Positions 20,502-29,313 of a stretch of 64,000 nt of DNA are shown one piece after another. The DNA lies in contig CAXXMU010000002.1 of assembly GCA_963667785.2 (NCBI GenBank), forward strand, positions 256,001 to 320,000, in the 5' to 3' direction. The notes under the pieces are model-generated. The model was not told the DNA's origin, made no database searches, and saw only the letters and a program-made list of their open reading frames with translations. A program made the translations under genes and the position numbers. Source of the DNA: Alphaproteobacteria bacterium (lineage in GTDB: Bacteria; Pseudomonadota; Alphaproteobacteria; UBA828). Within the stretch, counting starts at the first letter, position 1; every line of letters begins with the position of its first letter.

Positions 20502-22256
20502 CTAGGCGGCGCTCCCGCCGGGCGACCTGAGCGCTTGGGTGGCGGTCTCGTCGAGGCTGCCGTCGGCCGCGACGGCGACGGCATAGTCGCGCCGCGCGGC
20601 CTCGGGCGAGACCAGGTCGTTCTCCACGTCGGCGGCCACGTCGTCCGCCGCGCGGCCGCGCGGGTCGCCGTAGCCGGCGCCGCCGGGGAGCACCAGCCTG
20701 AGACGGCGGCCGGGCGGGATCGTCTGCTGCCCCTTGCCGCGCAGCCTCGTGCCGTCGTCGAGGGCGATGGTGCCGGCCGCCCCGTCGAGCCCGCCGCCCC
20801 GGCCGCGCGCGGGATTGTCGATGCGCTCGAACTGCGCGAGCACGCTGAAGGGCGCGCCGTCGGCGCCGCCGATCTCGATCACCTGGCCGAGCCCGCCCCG
20901 GCGCGCGCCGGCACCGCCGGTGTCTTGCGCCAGCTCCTTCCGCCAGATGACGATGGGCGCCACCGTCTCCGTGGCCTCCGCCGGCATGGTGCGCACGCCA
21001 CTTGGGAAGGCGGTTGCGGAGAGGCCGTCCTTCGTCGGCCGCGCGCCGGCGCCGCCCGAGTTGAAGAGCGCGACCTCGAACTCCGGCGGCTCGAAGGCGG
21101 CGTTGCGCCTGGCCTCGCTGTCGATCGCCGTCGCGCCGCCCCTGAGCTGCACGATCCAGAGCGAGGCCGCGCCCTCCGCCGGCACTCGCTCGGGAATGGC
21201 CTGGTGCAGGCAGCCGAACACGAGGTCGGGCAGCATGTGGCCGACGACGTGGCGGGCGGCGACCGGCCAGGGCCGAGGCGCGTTGAGGATCGAGCCTTCC
21301 GGCGCCGAAACCGTGAGCGGCGCCAGCGAGCCGGCATTGTTGGGGATGTCCTTCGCCACGATGCACTTGAGGCCGAAGCTCGTGTAGGCGGTGGTGTAGT
21401 TGAGCACCACGTTGATGCCGTGACTGCTGGCGGGCGAGGTGCCGGTGAAGTCCACGTGGATGCCCTCGCCGGAGATGGTCATGGCGGCAGCCAGGGTGAT
21501 CGGCTCGTCGTAGCCGTCCATGGTGAGCGTGTTGCGGTAGGTGCCCTTGGGCAGGGCTGCGATGGCGGCCAGCGTGGCGCTGCGCGAGCGCTCGACGATC
21601 GCCTCGCCGAGCGTGTCGAGATCGGCGAGCCCGAACTCGTCCATCATGGCGAGCAGCCGCTCCGCGCCGGCGTTGTTGCAGGCGATGAGCGAGTGGACGT
21701 CGCCTTCGAGCTGGAGCGGCTCGCGCACGTTCCAGCGCACCATGTCGATCAGATCCTCGTTGATCCGCCCCTCGCGGCAGAGCGGCATGATCGGGATGTA
21801 GAGGCCCTCCTCGAACACCGAGCGTGCGTCCGGGCCGAAGCCGCGCCCGCCGATGTCGACCACGTGCGCCGTGCAGGCGAAGGAGCCGATGATCCGGCCC
21901 GCGCGGAACACCGGCGTCACCACCGTGAGGTCGTGCAGGTGCCCGCAGGTCAGCCACGGGTCGTTGGTGATGTAAACGTCGCCCTCGCGCATGGCCTCGT
22001 TGGGGTAGCGCTCGAGGAAGTGCTGCACCGCGATCGCCATCGAATTGACGTGGCCGGGCGTGCCGGTGACCGCCTGGGCCAGCATCCGCCCCTTGGTGTC
22101 GAAGACGCCGGCGGAGAGGTCGCCCGCCTCGCGCACGGTGGTGCTGAAGGCGGTCCTGAGCAGGGTCTGCGCCTGCTCCTCGACCACCGAGATCAGGCGG
22201 TTCCACATGATCTGGGTCCGGATCTGCGCGAGCCCGGAATCGGTCGTGCCGTTCAT
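20502..22256 (-). CDS. hydantoinase B / oxoprolinase family subunit (copy 1)
   Basis: IMWNRLISVVEEQAQTLLRTAFS, NDPWLTCGHLHD, AHVVDIGG, PGGAGYGDP. Confidence 0.9.
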   Translation of the reverse strand: MNGTTDSGLAQIRTQIMWNRLISVVEEQAQTLLRTAFSTTVREAGDLSAGVFDTKGRMLAQAVTGTPGHVNSMAIAVQHFLERYPNEAMREGDVYITNDPWLTCGHLHDLTVVTPVFRAGRIIGSFACTAHVVDIGGRGFGPDARSVFEEGLYIPIMPLCREGRINEDLIDMVRWNVREPLQLEGDVHSLIACNNAGAERLLAMMDEFGLADLDTLGEAIVERSRSATLAAIAALPKGTYRNTLTMDGYDEPITLAAAMTISGEGIHVDFTGTSPASSHGINVVLNYTTAYTSFGLKCIVAKDIPNNAGSLAPLTVSAPEGSILNAPRPWPVAARHVVGHMLPDLVFGCLHQAIPERVPAEGAASLWIVQLRGGATAIDSEARRNAAFEPPEFEVALFNSGGAGARPTKDGLSATAFPSGVRTMPAEATETVAPIVIWRKELAQDTGGAGARRGGLGQVIEIGGADGAPFSVLAQFERIDNPARGRGGGLDGAAGTIALDDGTRLRGKGQQTIPPGRRLRLVLPGGAGYGDPRGRAADDVAADVENDLVSPEAARRDYAVAVAADGSLDETATQALRSPGGSAA

Positions 22257-24382
22257 CAGGCGTCCTCCCCCTTGGGCGTCGAATGCGGTGGCCGGCGGTC
22301 TGCGCGTCGCTCCATGACGATGGTGCCGAGCGCATCGACCGAGGCGCTGAAGGCGGCGCTCACCACCGCGGTCGTATCGCTCTCGACGATGAGCGCGGGC
22401 CCGTCGATGCGGGCGCCGGCGGCGAAATCCCCGCGCCGGTAGAGCGCCGCCTCGACCACGCGGCCGCTCCCGGGATCGAGAACCGGGCGCACGCCCCACG
22501 CCTGCGGCGCCGCCGCCGGCGGCGGCGGGTCGATCGCGGCGACGGGCTCCGCCACGGCGCTCACGCCCACGGACCAGCTCACGATCTCGAGGTCGAGCTT
22601 CGGGATGATGCGGCCGTAGAGCGCCTCGTAGGCGGCCTCGAAGGCTTCGCGGATGATGCCCGTGTCCCCTGCCGTCCAGATGCGGTTGGGGAGCGGCACC
22701 ACCACTTCGTGCCCCTGGCCGAGATAGCGCATGTAGGCGGCGCGGCTCTCCTCCGTGGCGGCGCCCGGCGCCCCCTGCGCCACGATGGCGGCGGCCTCGT
22801 CCCGCATCTCGGCGAGCACGCGGTTGGCGGCTTCCGCATTGAAGGCGCTCACCACCTGATAGGCGCTGCGCACCACTTCGTAGGCGACCGGCGCACGCAG
22901 GAAGCCGACGGCGGAGCCTACCGCCGCGGCGGTGGGGATCAGGATGCGGTCCATGTCCAGCTTCTCCGCAAGCCGGGCCGCGTGCAGCGGGGCGGCGCCG
23001 CCGAAGGCGATCATCGTACGCTCGCCGAGGGTGGCGCCGATCTCGATGGCATGGACACGGGCGGCGCTCGCCATGTTCTCCCCCACCATCTCGCTGACCC
23101 CGAGAGCCGCCATCTGCCCGTCCAGATCGAGCGGCGCGCCGATGGCGCCCGCCAGAGCGTCCGCCGCGGCCTGCTCGTCGAGCGCGATGCGCCCGCCGGA
23201 GAACTCGGCGGGGTCGATGCGGCCCATGACGAGGTCCGCGTCTGTCACCGTGGGCGCCGCGCCGCCTTGGCCGTAGCAGGCGGGGCCCGGCTGGGCGCCG
23301 GCGCTCTCCGGCCCCACCGCGATGCGGCCGAGCCGGTCGACGACGGCGATGGAGCCGCCGCCCGCGCCGATCTCCACCATCTCGATCACCGGAATGCGGA
23401 GCGGCAGCCCGCTGCCCTTGAGGAAGCGGTGGGCGCGGGCGACCTCGAAGGCCCGCGTCGTCTGCGGCTGGGCATCGTCGATCAGGCAGATTTTGGCGGT
23501 GGTGCCGCCCATGTCGAAGGAGAGAACCCGGTCGAGCCCGCACTGGCGGGCGACGTGGCTGGCGAAGACGGCACCGCCCACCGGCCCCGATTCGACGAGA
23601 CGGATGGGGAAGCGGATCGCCGTCCCGATATCGGCCACGCCGCCGCCCGAGAGCATGACGAAGAGCGGGCAGCGGAAGCCGGCGTCGCGCAGGCCGTCCT
23701 CCAGGTTGCGCAGGTAGCGCGCCATGACCGGCTGGACGTAGGCGTTCGCGCACGCCGTGGAGAATCGCTCGTACTCGCGCATCTCCGGCGCCACCTCGGC
23801 CGAGAGCGTGATGGCGAGGTCGGGCATGGCCTCCTGCAGGATCGCGCGAACGCGCCGCTCGTGCGCCGGGTTGACGTAGGAGTGCAGGAGCCCGATCGCG
23901 ACGCTCTCGATACCCTCGGCGGCGAGCTGCCGGGCCGTGGCGGCGACCGCCGCCTCATCGAGGGGCAGGATCGGCTCGCCCGCGGCGTCGAGCCGTTCCG
24001 GGACCGGGAAGCGCCAGCGCCGGGGCACCAGCGGCACCGGCTTCTCCATGTCGATGTCGTACTGCTCGAAGCGGCTCTCCGTTCCCATCTCGATGGAGTC
24101 GCGGAAGCCCTCGGTCGTCACCAGCGCCGTCCGCGCGCCCTTGCGCTCGATCATCGCGTTGGTGGCGAGCGTGGTGCCGTGGATGACGAGCGCGACCTCG
24201 GCGGGCGCCGTGCCGCAGGCCTCCATCGCCTGGGCGAGGCCCTGGCGCACGCCGTCCTCGGGCGCGTCGGGCGTGGTGAGCACCTTCGCGGTGAAGCGCT
24301 CCGGCCCGCGTTCCAGCACGATATCGGTGAACGTCCCGCCGATATCGACGCCGATCCGAACCTCTGAGTCCGCTCCCGCCAT
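22256..24382 (-). CDS. hydantoinase A / oxoprolinase family ATPase subunit (copy 1)
   Basis: IGVDIGGTFTD, HGTTLATNAMIER, FDMGGTTAKI, EIGAGGGSI, GPESAGAQPGPACY. Confidence 0.9.
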   Translation of the reverse strand: MAGADSEVRIGVDIGGTFTDIVLERGPERFTAKVLTTPDAPEDGVRQGLAQAMEACGTAPAEVALVIHGTTLATNAMIERKGARTALVTTEGFRDSIEMGTESRFEQYDIDMEKPVPLVPRRWRFPVPERLDAAGEPILPLDEAAVAATARQLAAEGIESVAIGLLHSYVNPAHERRVRAILQEAMPDLAITLSAEVAPEMREYERFSTACANAYVQPVMARYLRNLEDGLRDAGFRCPLFVMLSGGGVADIGTAIRFPIRLVESGPVGGAVFASHVARQCGLDRVLSFDMGGTTAKICLIDDAQPQTTRAFEVARAHRFLKGSGLPLRIPVIEMVEIGAGGGSIAVVDRLGRIAVGPESAGAQPGPACYGQGGAAPTVTDADLVMGRIDPAEFSGGRIALDEQAAADALAGAIGAPLDLDGQMAALGVSEMVGENMASAARVHAIEIGATLGERTMIAFGGAAPLHAARLAEKLDMDRILIPTAAAVGSAVGFLRAPVAYEVVRSAYQVVSAFNAEAANRVLAEMRDEAAAIVAQGAPGAATEESRAAYMRYLGQGHEVVVPLPNRIWTAGDTGIIREAFEAAYEALYGRIIPKLDLEIVSWSVGVSAVAEPVAAIDPPPPAAAPQAWGVRPVLDPGSGRVVEAALYRRGDFAAGARIDGPALIVESDTTAVVSAAFSASVDALGTIVMERRADRRPPHSTPKGEDA

Positions 24383-24402
24383 CCTAGCGCTCCCGCGCGC
24401 CG

Positions 24403-25575
24403 CTAGACGGCGATCTCGTCCACCTTCACCCAGCGCCGCTCGGCGTCCGAGAGGATGCAGGCGTCGATCACGCGCTGGATCTCGGCGGCGAACCTGAAGT
24501 CGGGATAGGCCGGCTTTCCGGCCGCGACCGCCTCGATCAGGTCCTGGATCTCCATCACCTTGTAGTCGTTGTAGCCGGCGCCGAGGCCCGGCACCGGATA
24601 GAACGCCGCGTAGCGCGGGTCGGTGGGCCCCATCGCTACATGCGTGAAACCCCGCGTGCTCGGATCGCCGTCTTCCTTGTAGAGCTGGAGATCGTTGATG
24701 CGGTCGTAGAAGTAGCGGACCGCGCCCTTCGTGCCGGTCAGCTCGTAGCCGATATCCATGCGCTTGCCGAGCGAGACCCGGCTCATCTCCATGTGCCCGT
24801 CCAGGCCGCCCGAGGTCTTGAACATGACGGTCGCGAGGTCGTCGGTCTCGACTTGCACCATCTGGCCGCTGCCGGCGGCGTGCAGGTCGAAGCCCCCGAG
24901 CGCTGCCGGCGCGGGGCGCTCCGGGATCACGATCTCCAGATTGCACACCACCTCGTCCACCGGCTGGCCGACGAGGTGGCTCAGATAGGCCAAGCAATGG
25001 GCACCGATATCGCCGATCACGCCGGAGCCCGCCTTCGCCGTCTCGCAGCGCCAGGAGAAGGGGATTTCCGGGCGGCCCAGGAAGTCGGCGCTGAAGGAGC
25101 CGCGGTAGTAGCTGGGCGCGCCGATCTCGCCGCCGGCGATCAGCCGCCGGGCCAGCGTCTGCGCCGGGTTCTTGATGTAGTTGAAGCCGACCATGGTGAT
25201 GACGCCGGCCCTCTCGGCCGCGTCAGCCATCGCGAACGCGGTCTTCGCGTCGTTGGCCAGAGGCTTCTCGCAGTAGACGTGCTTGCCGTTGGCAATCGCG
25301 GCCATGGCGATGTCGAGGTGGAGATCGTTGGGCGTGCAGATGTCGACGATGTCGACGGCCGGATCGTCGACGACCGCGCGCCAGTCTCCCGTATGGCGCC
25401 GGAAGCCGAACTCGCGGGCCGCGCGCCCCGCCATCTCCTCGTTCACCTCCGCGAGAACCTCGAGCACGGGCACGGCTGGCTTTCCGCCGAAGGCGAGCGG
25501 CTGGGCGCGGTAGCACATGGCGTGGGCCTTGCCCATCCAGCCGGCGCCCACGAGTCCGATCTTCAGCTCCGGCAT
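24403..25575 (-). CDS. Gfo/Idh/MocA oxidoreductase, levoglucosan/inositol dehydrogenase-like
   Basis: IGLVGAGWMGKAH, HVYCEKPLA, FSWR..AGSGVIGDIGAH, YPVPGLGAGY. Confidence 0.85.
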   Translation of the reverse strand: MPELKIGLVGAGWMGKAHAMCYRAQPLAFGGKPAVPVLEVLAEVNEEMAGRAAREFGFRRHTGDWRAVVDDPAVDIVDICTPNDLHLDIAMAAIANGKHVYCEKPLANDAKTAFAMADAAERAGVITMVGFNYIKNPAQTLARRLIAGGEIGAPSYYRGSFSADFLGRPEIPFSWRCETAKAGSGVIGDIGAHCLAYLSHLVGQPVDEVVCNLEIVIPERPAPAALGGFDLHAAGSGQMVQVETDDLATVMFKTSGGLDGHMEMSRVSLGKRMDIGYELTGTKGAVRYFYDRINDLQLYKEDGDPSTRGFTHVAMGPTDPRYAAFYPVPGLGAGYNDYKVMEIQDLIEAVAAGKPAYPDFRFAAEIQRVIDACILSDAERRWVKVDEIAV

Positions 25576-25749
25576 CGGTCCCCCATGCTCACGACACGCG
25601 TTCTTCTGGCGGCCCGGCCGCCGGACCCGCCCCCGCAAAAAAGGACGCCGCGCAACAGGCGCTACGCGACGTCCGCATGCCGCCCGCATCCTATCAAGCG
25701 CCGCGACCCCGTGCCACACTCGCCCGCCGGTCGCGGGGCGGGAAGGCGG

Positions 25750-27414
25750 TCAGACCTTGCCCTCGACCGCGACCTCGATCAGCCGGGGCACGTCCGACTC
25801 GAGCGCCTCTCGCACCGCCGCAGCCAGCTCGTCGGGCTCCGTCACGCGCACGCCTGCGACCCCCATTCCGGCGGCCATCTCGACGAACCCCAGCGGCGGA
25901 TCGACCAGGTCCATCTGCACGTAGGGGTGGTTCGTCGCCACCTCGAAGCGCCGCCGATAGATGTCGAGATTGTGCTTGAGGATGCGGTACTCGGCGTTGG
26001 CGAGGATGACGAAGACGATCGGCAGCCGGTGATGCGCCGCCGTCCACAGCGCCTGGATGCTGTACATCGCCGAGCCGTCGCCCGAGAGGCACACCAGCGG
26101 GCGCTCCGGGCTCGCGAGCTTGACGCCGAGCGCGCCGGCGATCCCCTGGCCGATACCGCCGCCGCGGCCGCAGAAGTAGTCGCCTGCGCCGGCGAAGGCG
26201 AAGGCGCGGGGGATCTCGGGGCTGCCTGTAATGGCCTCCTCCACGATCACCACGTCCTCCGGCACCGCGCCCGCCAGCGTCTCCAGCATCACGGGCACGG
26301 GCATCGGCCGCCGCTCGGCCATGGCCTCGAGCCGCGCGCTGCGGGCCGCCCGTTCTTTGGCGCGCCGCGCCGCGAAGGTCTGGTTCCGGTCGGTGGCGGC
26401 GGCGGCATGGGCGGCCGACTGCCCCTCCCGCACCGCTGCCGAGACCGCCTCCAGCGCCGGAACGAGACCGGCGATGAGGCCGGCGTCGAGGCGGTGGTTG
26501 CGGCCGAGGCGGGCGGTCGACTCCTCGATCTGCAGCACCGAGGCAGCGGGCGGGAACGGGCCTGCGGGCGCGTACCAGACCTCCTCGAAGAAGGGGCCGC
26601 CCACCATGAGCACCGCGTCGGCGGCGCCGAAGGCCTCCGCGATGCTCGCGGGGTCGGACGGGAGCCGGCCGCGATAGTTCGGGTGCAGGTTGGGCACCGG
26701 CTGGTGCTGGTGGATGAGCTCCGTCCATATGCCGGCGCCCACGACCTCGGCGAGCGCGACCAGGGCCTCGCCGGCGCCAGCGCGGGCGACGTCGTCGCCG
26801 ATCACGATCGCGGGCTCGGCCGCGGCGAGCAGATGTCGGGCAAGCGCCGCCACGCCGTCGGCGTCCGGCGGCGGCGCCCGGTAGAGCGCGCCGGCCGAGG
26901 TCGCCTCGATGTCGGTCTGCTGCTCCATCACGTTGATGGGGAGCGCAACGAAGACCGGGCCAGCGGGCGGGTCGTGGGCGATCTTGAAGGCGCGCCGCAT
27001 GATGGGTGCGATCTCGTCTGCGCTCTCCGCCTGGACGCTCCACTTCACGACCGGCGCCGCCATGGCTACCAGGTCGTGGCCGAGGATCGGGTCGCGGAGC
27101 CTGAGCCGCGTGTCCTGCTGCCCGGCCGTCACCACCATCGGCGAGTTGGTCCTGAGCGCGCCGAAGATCATGCCGATGGCGTTGCCGAGGCCGGGAGCGA
27201 CGTGGAGGTTCACCACCCCGGCGCGGCCGCAGGCCTGGGCGTAGTAGCTGGCGGCTCCGATGGCGACGCCTTCGTGCAGGGTCAGCACGTAGTCGATCGC
27301 CGGGTAGCGGGCCAGGCTGTCGATCAGGGGGCTCTCGGTCGTGCCGGGATTGCCGAACAGGTGCCGGACCCCGTGCGCCACCAGGCTCTCCATGAAGACG
27401 TCGCGCCCGTACAT
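25750..27414 (-). CDS. ThDP-dependent enzyme, benzoylformate decarboxylase-like
   Basis: LFGNPGTTESP, LHEGVAIG, NLHVAPGLGNA, GDGSAMYSIQALWTAAH...N (ThDP-binding motif). Confidence 0.87.
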   Translation of the reverse strand: MYGRDVFMESLVAHGVRHLFGNPGTTESPLIDSLARYPAIDYVLTLHEGVAIGAASYYAQACGRAGVVNLHVAPGLGNAIGMIFGALRTNSPMVVTAGQQDTRLRLRDPILGHDLVAMAAPVVKWSVQAESADEIAPIMRRAFKIAHDPPAGPVFVALPINVMEQQTDIEATSAGALYRAPPPDADGVAALARHLLAAAEPAIVIGDDVARAGAGEALVALAEVVGAGIWTELIHQHQPVPNLHPNYRGRLPSDPASIAEAFGAADAVLMVGGPFFEEVWYAPAGPFPPAASVLQIEESTARLGRNHRLDAGLIAGLVPALEAVSAAVREGQSAAHAAAATDRNQTFAARRAKERAARSARLEAMAERRPMPVPVMLETLAGAVPEDVVIVEEAITGSPEIPRAFAFAGAGDYFCGRGGGIGQGIAGALGVKLASPERPLVCLSGDGSAMYSIQALWTAAHHRLPIVFVILANAEYRILKHNLDIYRRRFEVATNHPYVQMDLVDPPLGFVEMAAGMGVAGVRVTEPDELAAAVREALESDVPRLIEVAVEGKV

Positions 27415-27514
27415 GTCTCTCGTCCGTTGCTGGGAAGCCGCACGCTGCGGCCTGAGCCGCCTGGCTGCGCATCTTGGCAGAAAGCGCCGCCGCCGGCACC
27501 CCGCGCGGCCGTCT

Positions 27515-29293
27515 TCAGGGGGACGCGCGGAGGAGCCGCGTCCTCTCCTCGTCGACCACGATGTCGATGCCGTTCGCGGCGCGGACCAGCGCCACCCTGT
27601 AGACGCCGAGCGCGCGCTCGATGCTGAGCCAGCCGCGCGCGACATCCTCGGCGACCGCTGCCGGATCCCTGTCGCGGGGGTCGCCGTAGCCGCCGCCGGC
27701 CACGGTGCGGTAGTGGATCGCCTCGTCCGGGCCGAGCCTCTCCTCGTGGAAGGAGGGGAGCGTGCGGAAGGCGCCGTCGGCCGCGCGCTTGCGGTTCAGC
27801 GAGGGCGCGCCCGGCTCGCCGCCGAGCACGCCCTGCGCCGGGTTCAGATCGCCGTCGCTGCAGTAGAAGACCGAGACCGGGCCCGCGAGCGAGCGGTAGG
27901 CGCCTTCGGTCGCGGGCGCGCCGTTCCAGCGGCCTGCGCCCATGGTGTCGCGGGCGATGCGGCGCTCCTCCATCAGGATCGGGTACTGCGCCTCGTCGAT
28001 CTCGATCGAATCGATTACCAGCACGCCGCCCCCGTCGGGCGCCTCGTAGGTGAGCCAGCCATCGTGGCCGTGGGTGCCGGGCCCGCCGGAAAGGCCGACG
28101 CAGAACTGGTTGACGTAAGGCACAGGCCGGCCGTCGCGGTCGTCGATGCCCGAGACCACGCCGAGGCCGGCGGAGAAGTTGCCGCCGCCTTCCGCGAGCC
28201 CGTGGGGCGCGCCGATCTGCGCGAAGCAGCACTGCACGGCGTTGATGAGACGGTCGTTGACGTTGGTGGTCGCCACCGAGGTGCCGGCCGGGAAGGTGGG
28301 CCGGCCGACCACGCAGCCGTCGCGCAGCAGCACGCGGATGCGGCTCGCGCTGCCCTCGTTGTGCGGGATGGTGGGGTCAAGGTTGTAGAAGACGCCGATC
28401 CTGCACGAGCCCGCGGCGCAGGCCTCGGAGAGATTGACCCCGCCGGGCACGCAGTCGGGATTGTCGCGCAGGTCGACGGTGACGAGCCCGTCCTCCGGCT
28501 CGATGGTGACCTCGGCGGTGATCGGGATGCCCTCTTCGGCCACGCCGGGAATCGGATCGTGGGTGCAGGTGTAGCGCCAGGTGCCGGCGGGCAGTGCGCG
28601 GATCGCGGCTTTCGCACGGCGCGCGCCGTAGTCCATCCAGGCCTCGACGAAGGCGCGGACGGTCTCGATGCCGTACTGCGCGACCAGCGCCTTCAGCCGC
28701 CGCTCGCCGATCCGGCAGGCGCCGACCTGGGCGCGGTAGTCGCCGTACCAGACATGCGGCGCACGGATCTTCTGCAGGCCGATGCGCACGATGTCCGCCT
28801 TGTCCTCGTGCCCCTCCTGAATGCGCACGCAGGGGAAGTGCAGGCCCTCCTGGTAGAGCGTCGCGGCGTAGGGCAGGTAGGTGGTGGGCTCGGGCGCGCC
28901 GACATCGGCGTGGTGGGAGCGGGACAGCACCCAGAAGAGCGGCTCGCCGTCGGCGAAGACGGGCACGCAGAGGGTCATGTCCGCATGGTGGGTGACCCCG
29001 TGATAGGGGCTGTTGTTGAAGAAGGCGTCGCCCTCCTTCACGTCGTCGAAGAGCTCGGTGATCGGCCGGGTGGTCAGCTCCAGCGCGCTGACGTGGATGG
29101 GCATCGCCTCCTCGACGCAGATCAGCCGGTGGTCGTAGGTGAGGATGCCGCAGGACATGTCGCGGGCGTTGGTGATGACGGCCGAGCGCGACGCGCGCAT
29201 GACCGTGTTGCTCATCTCGCGGATGATCGCCTCGAGCCGGCGCGAGAGCACCGCCATCAGCAGCGGGTCGAAGCGGGCGACGGTCTCGCTCAT
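27515..29293 (-). CDS. hydantoinase B / oxoprolinase family subunit (copy 2)
   Basis: DPLLMAVLSRRLEAIIREM, NNSPYHGVTHHAD, SHHADVGA, GGGYGDPRDRDP. Alternative start at 29311. Confidence 0.9.
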   Translation of the reverse strand: MSETVARFDPLLMAVLSRRLEAIIREMSNTVMRASRSAVITNARDMSCGILTYDHRLICVEEAMPIHVSALELTTRPITELFDDVKEGDAFFNNSPYHGVTHHADMTLCVPVFADGEPLFWVLSRSHHADVGAPEPTTYLPYAATLYQEGLHFPCVRIQEGHEDKADIVRIGLQKIRAPHVWYGDYRAQVGACRIGERRLKALVAQYGIETVRAFVEAWMDYGARRAKAAIRALPAGTWRYTCTHDPIPGVAEEGIPITAEVTIEPEDGLVTVDLRDNPDCVPGGVNLSEACAAGSCRIGVFYNLDPTIPHNEGSASRIRVLLRDGCVVGRPTFPAGTSVATTNVNDRLINAVQCCFAQIGAPHGLAEGGGNFSAGLGVVSGIDDRDGRPVPYVNQFCVGLSGGPGTHGHDGWLTYEAPDGGGVLVIDSIEIDEAQYPILMEERRIARDTMGAGRWNGAPATEGAYRSLAGPVSVFYCSDGDLNPAQGVLGGEPGAPSLNRKRAADGAFRTLPSFHEERLGPDEAIHYRTVAGGGYGDPRDRDPAAVAEDVARGWLSIERALGVYRVALVRAANGIDIVVDEERTRLLRASP

Positions 29294-29313
29294 GCCTGTC
29301 CCCTCGGCCATCG

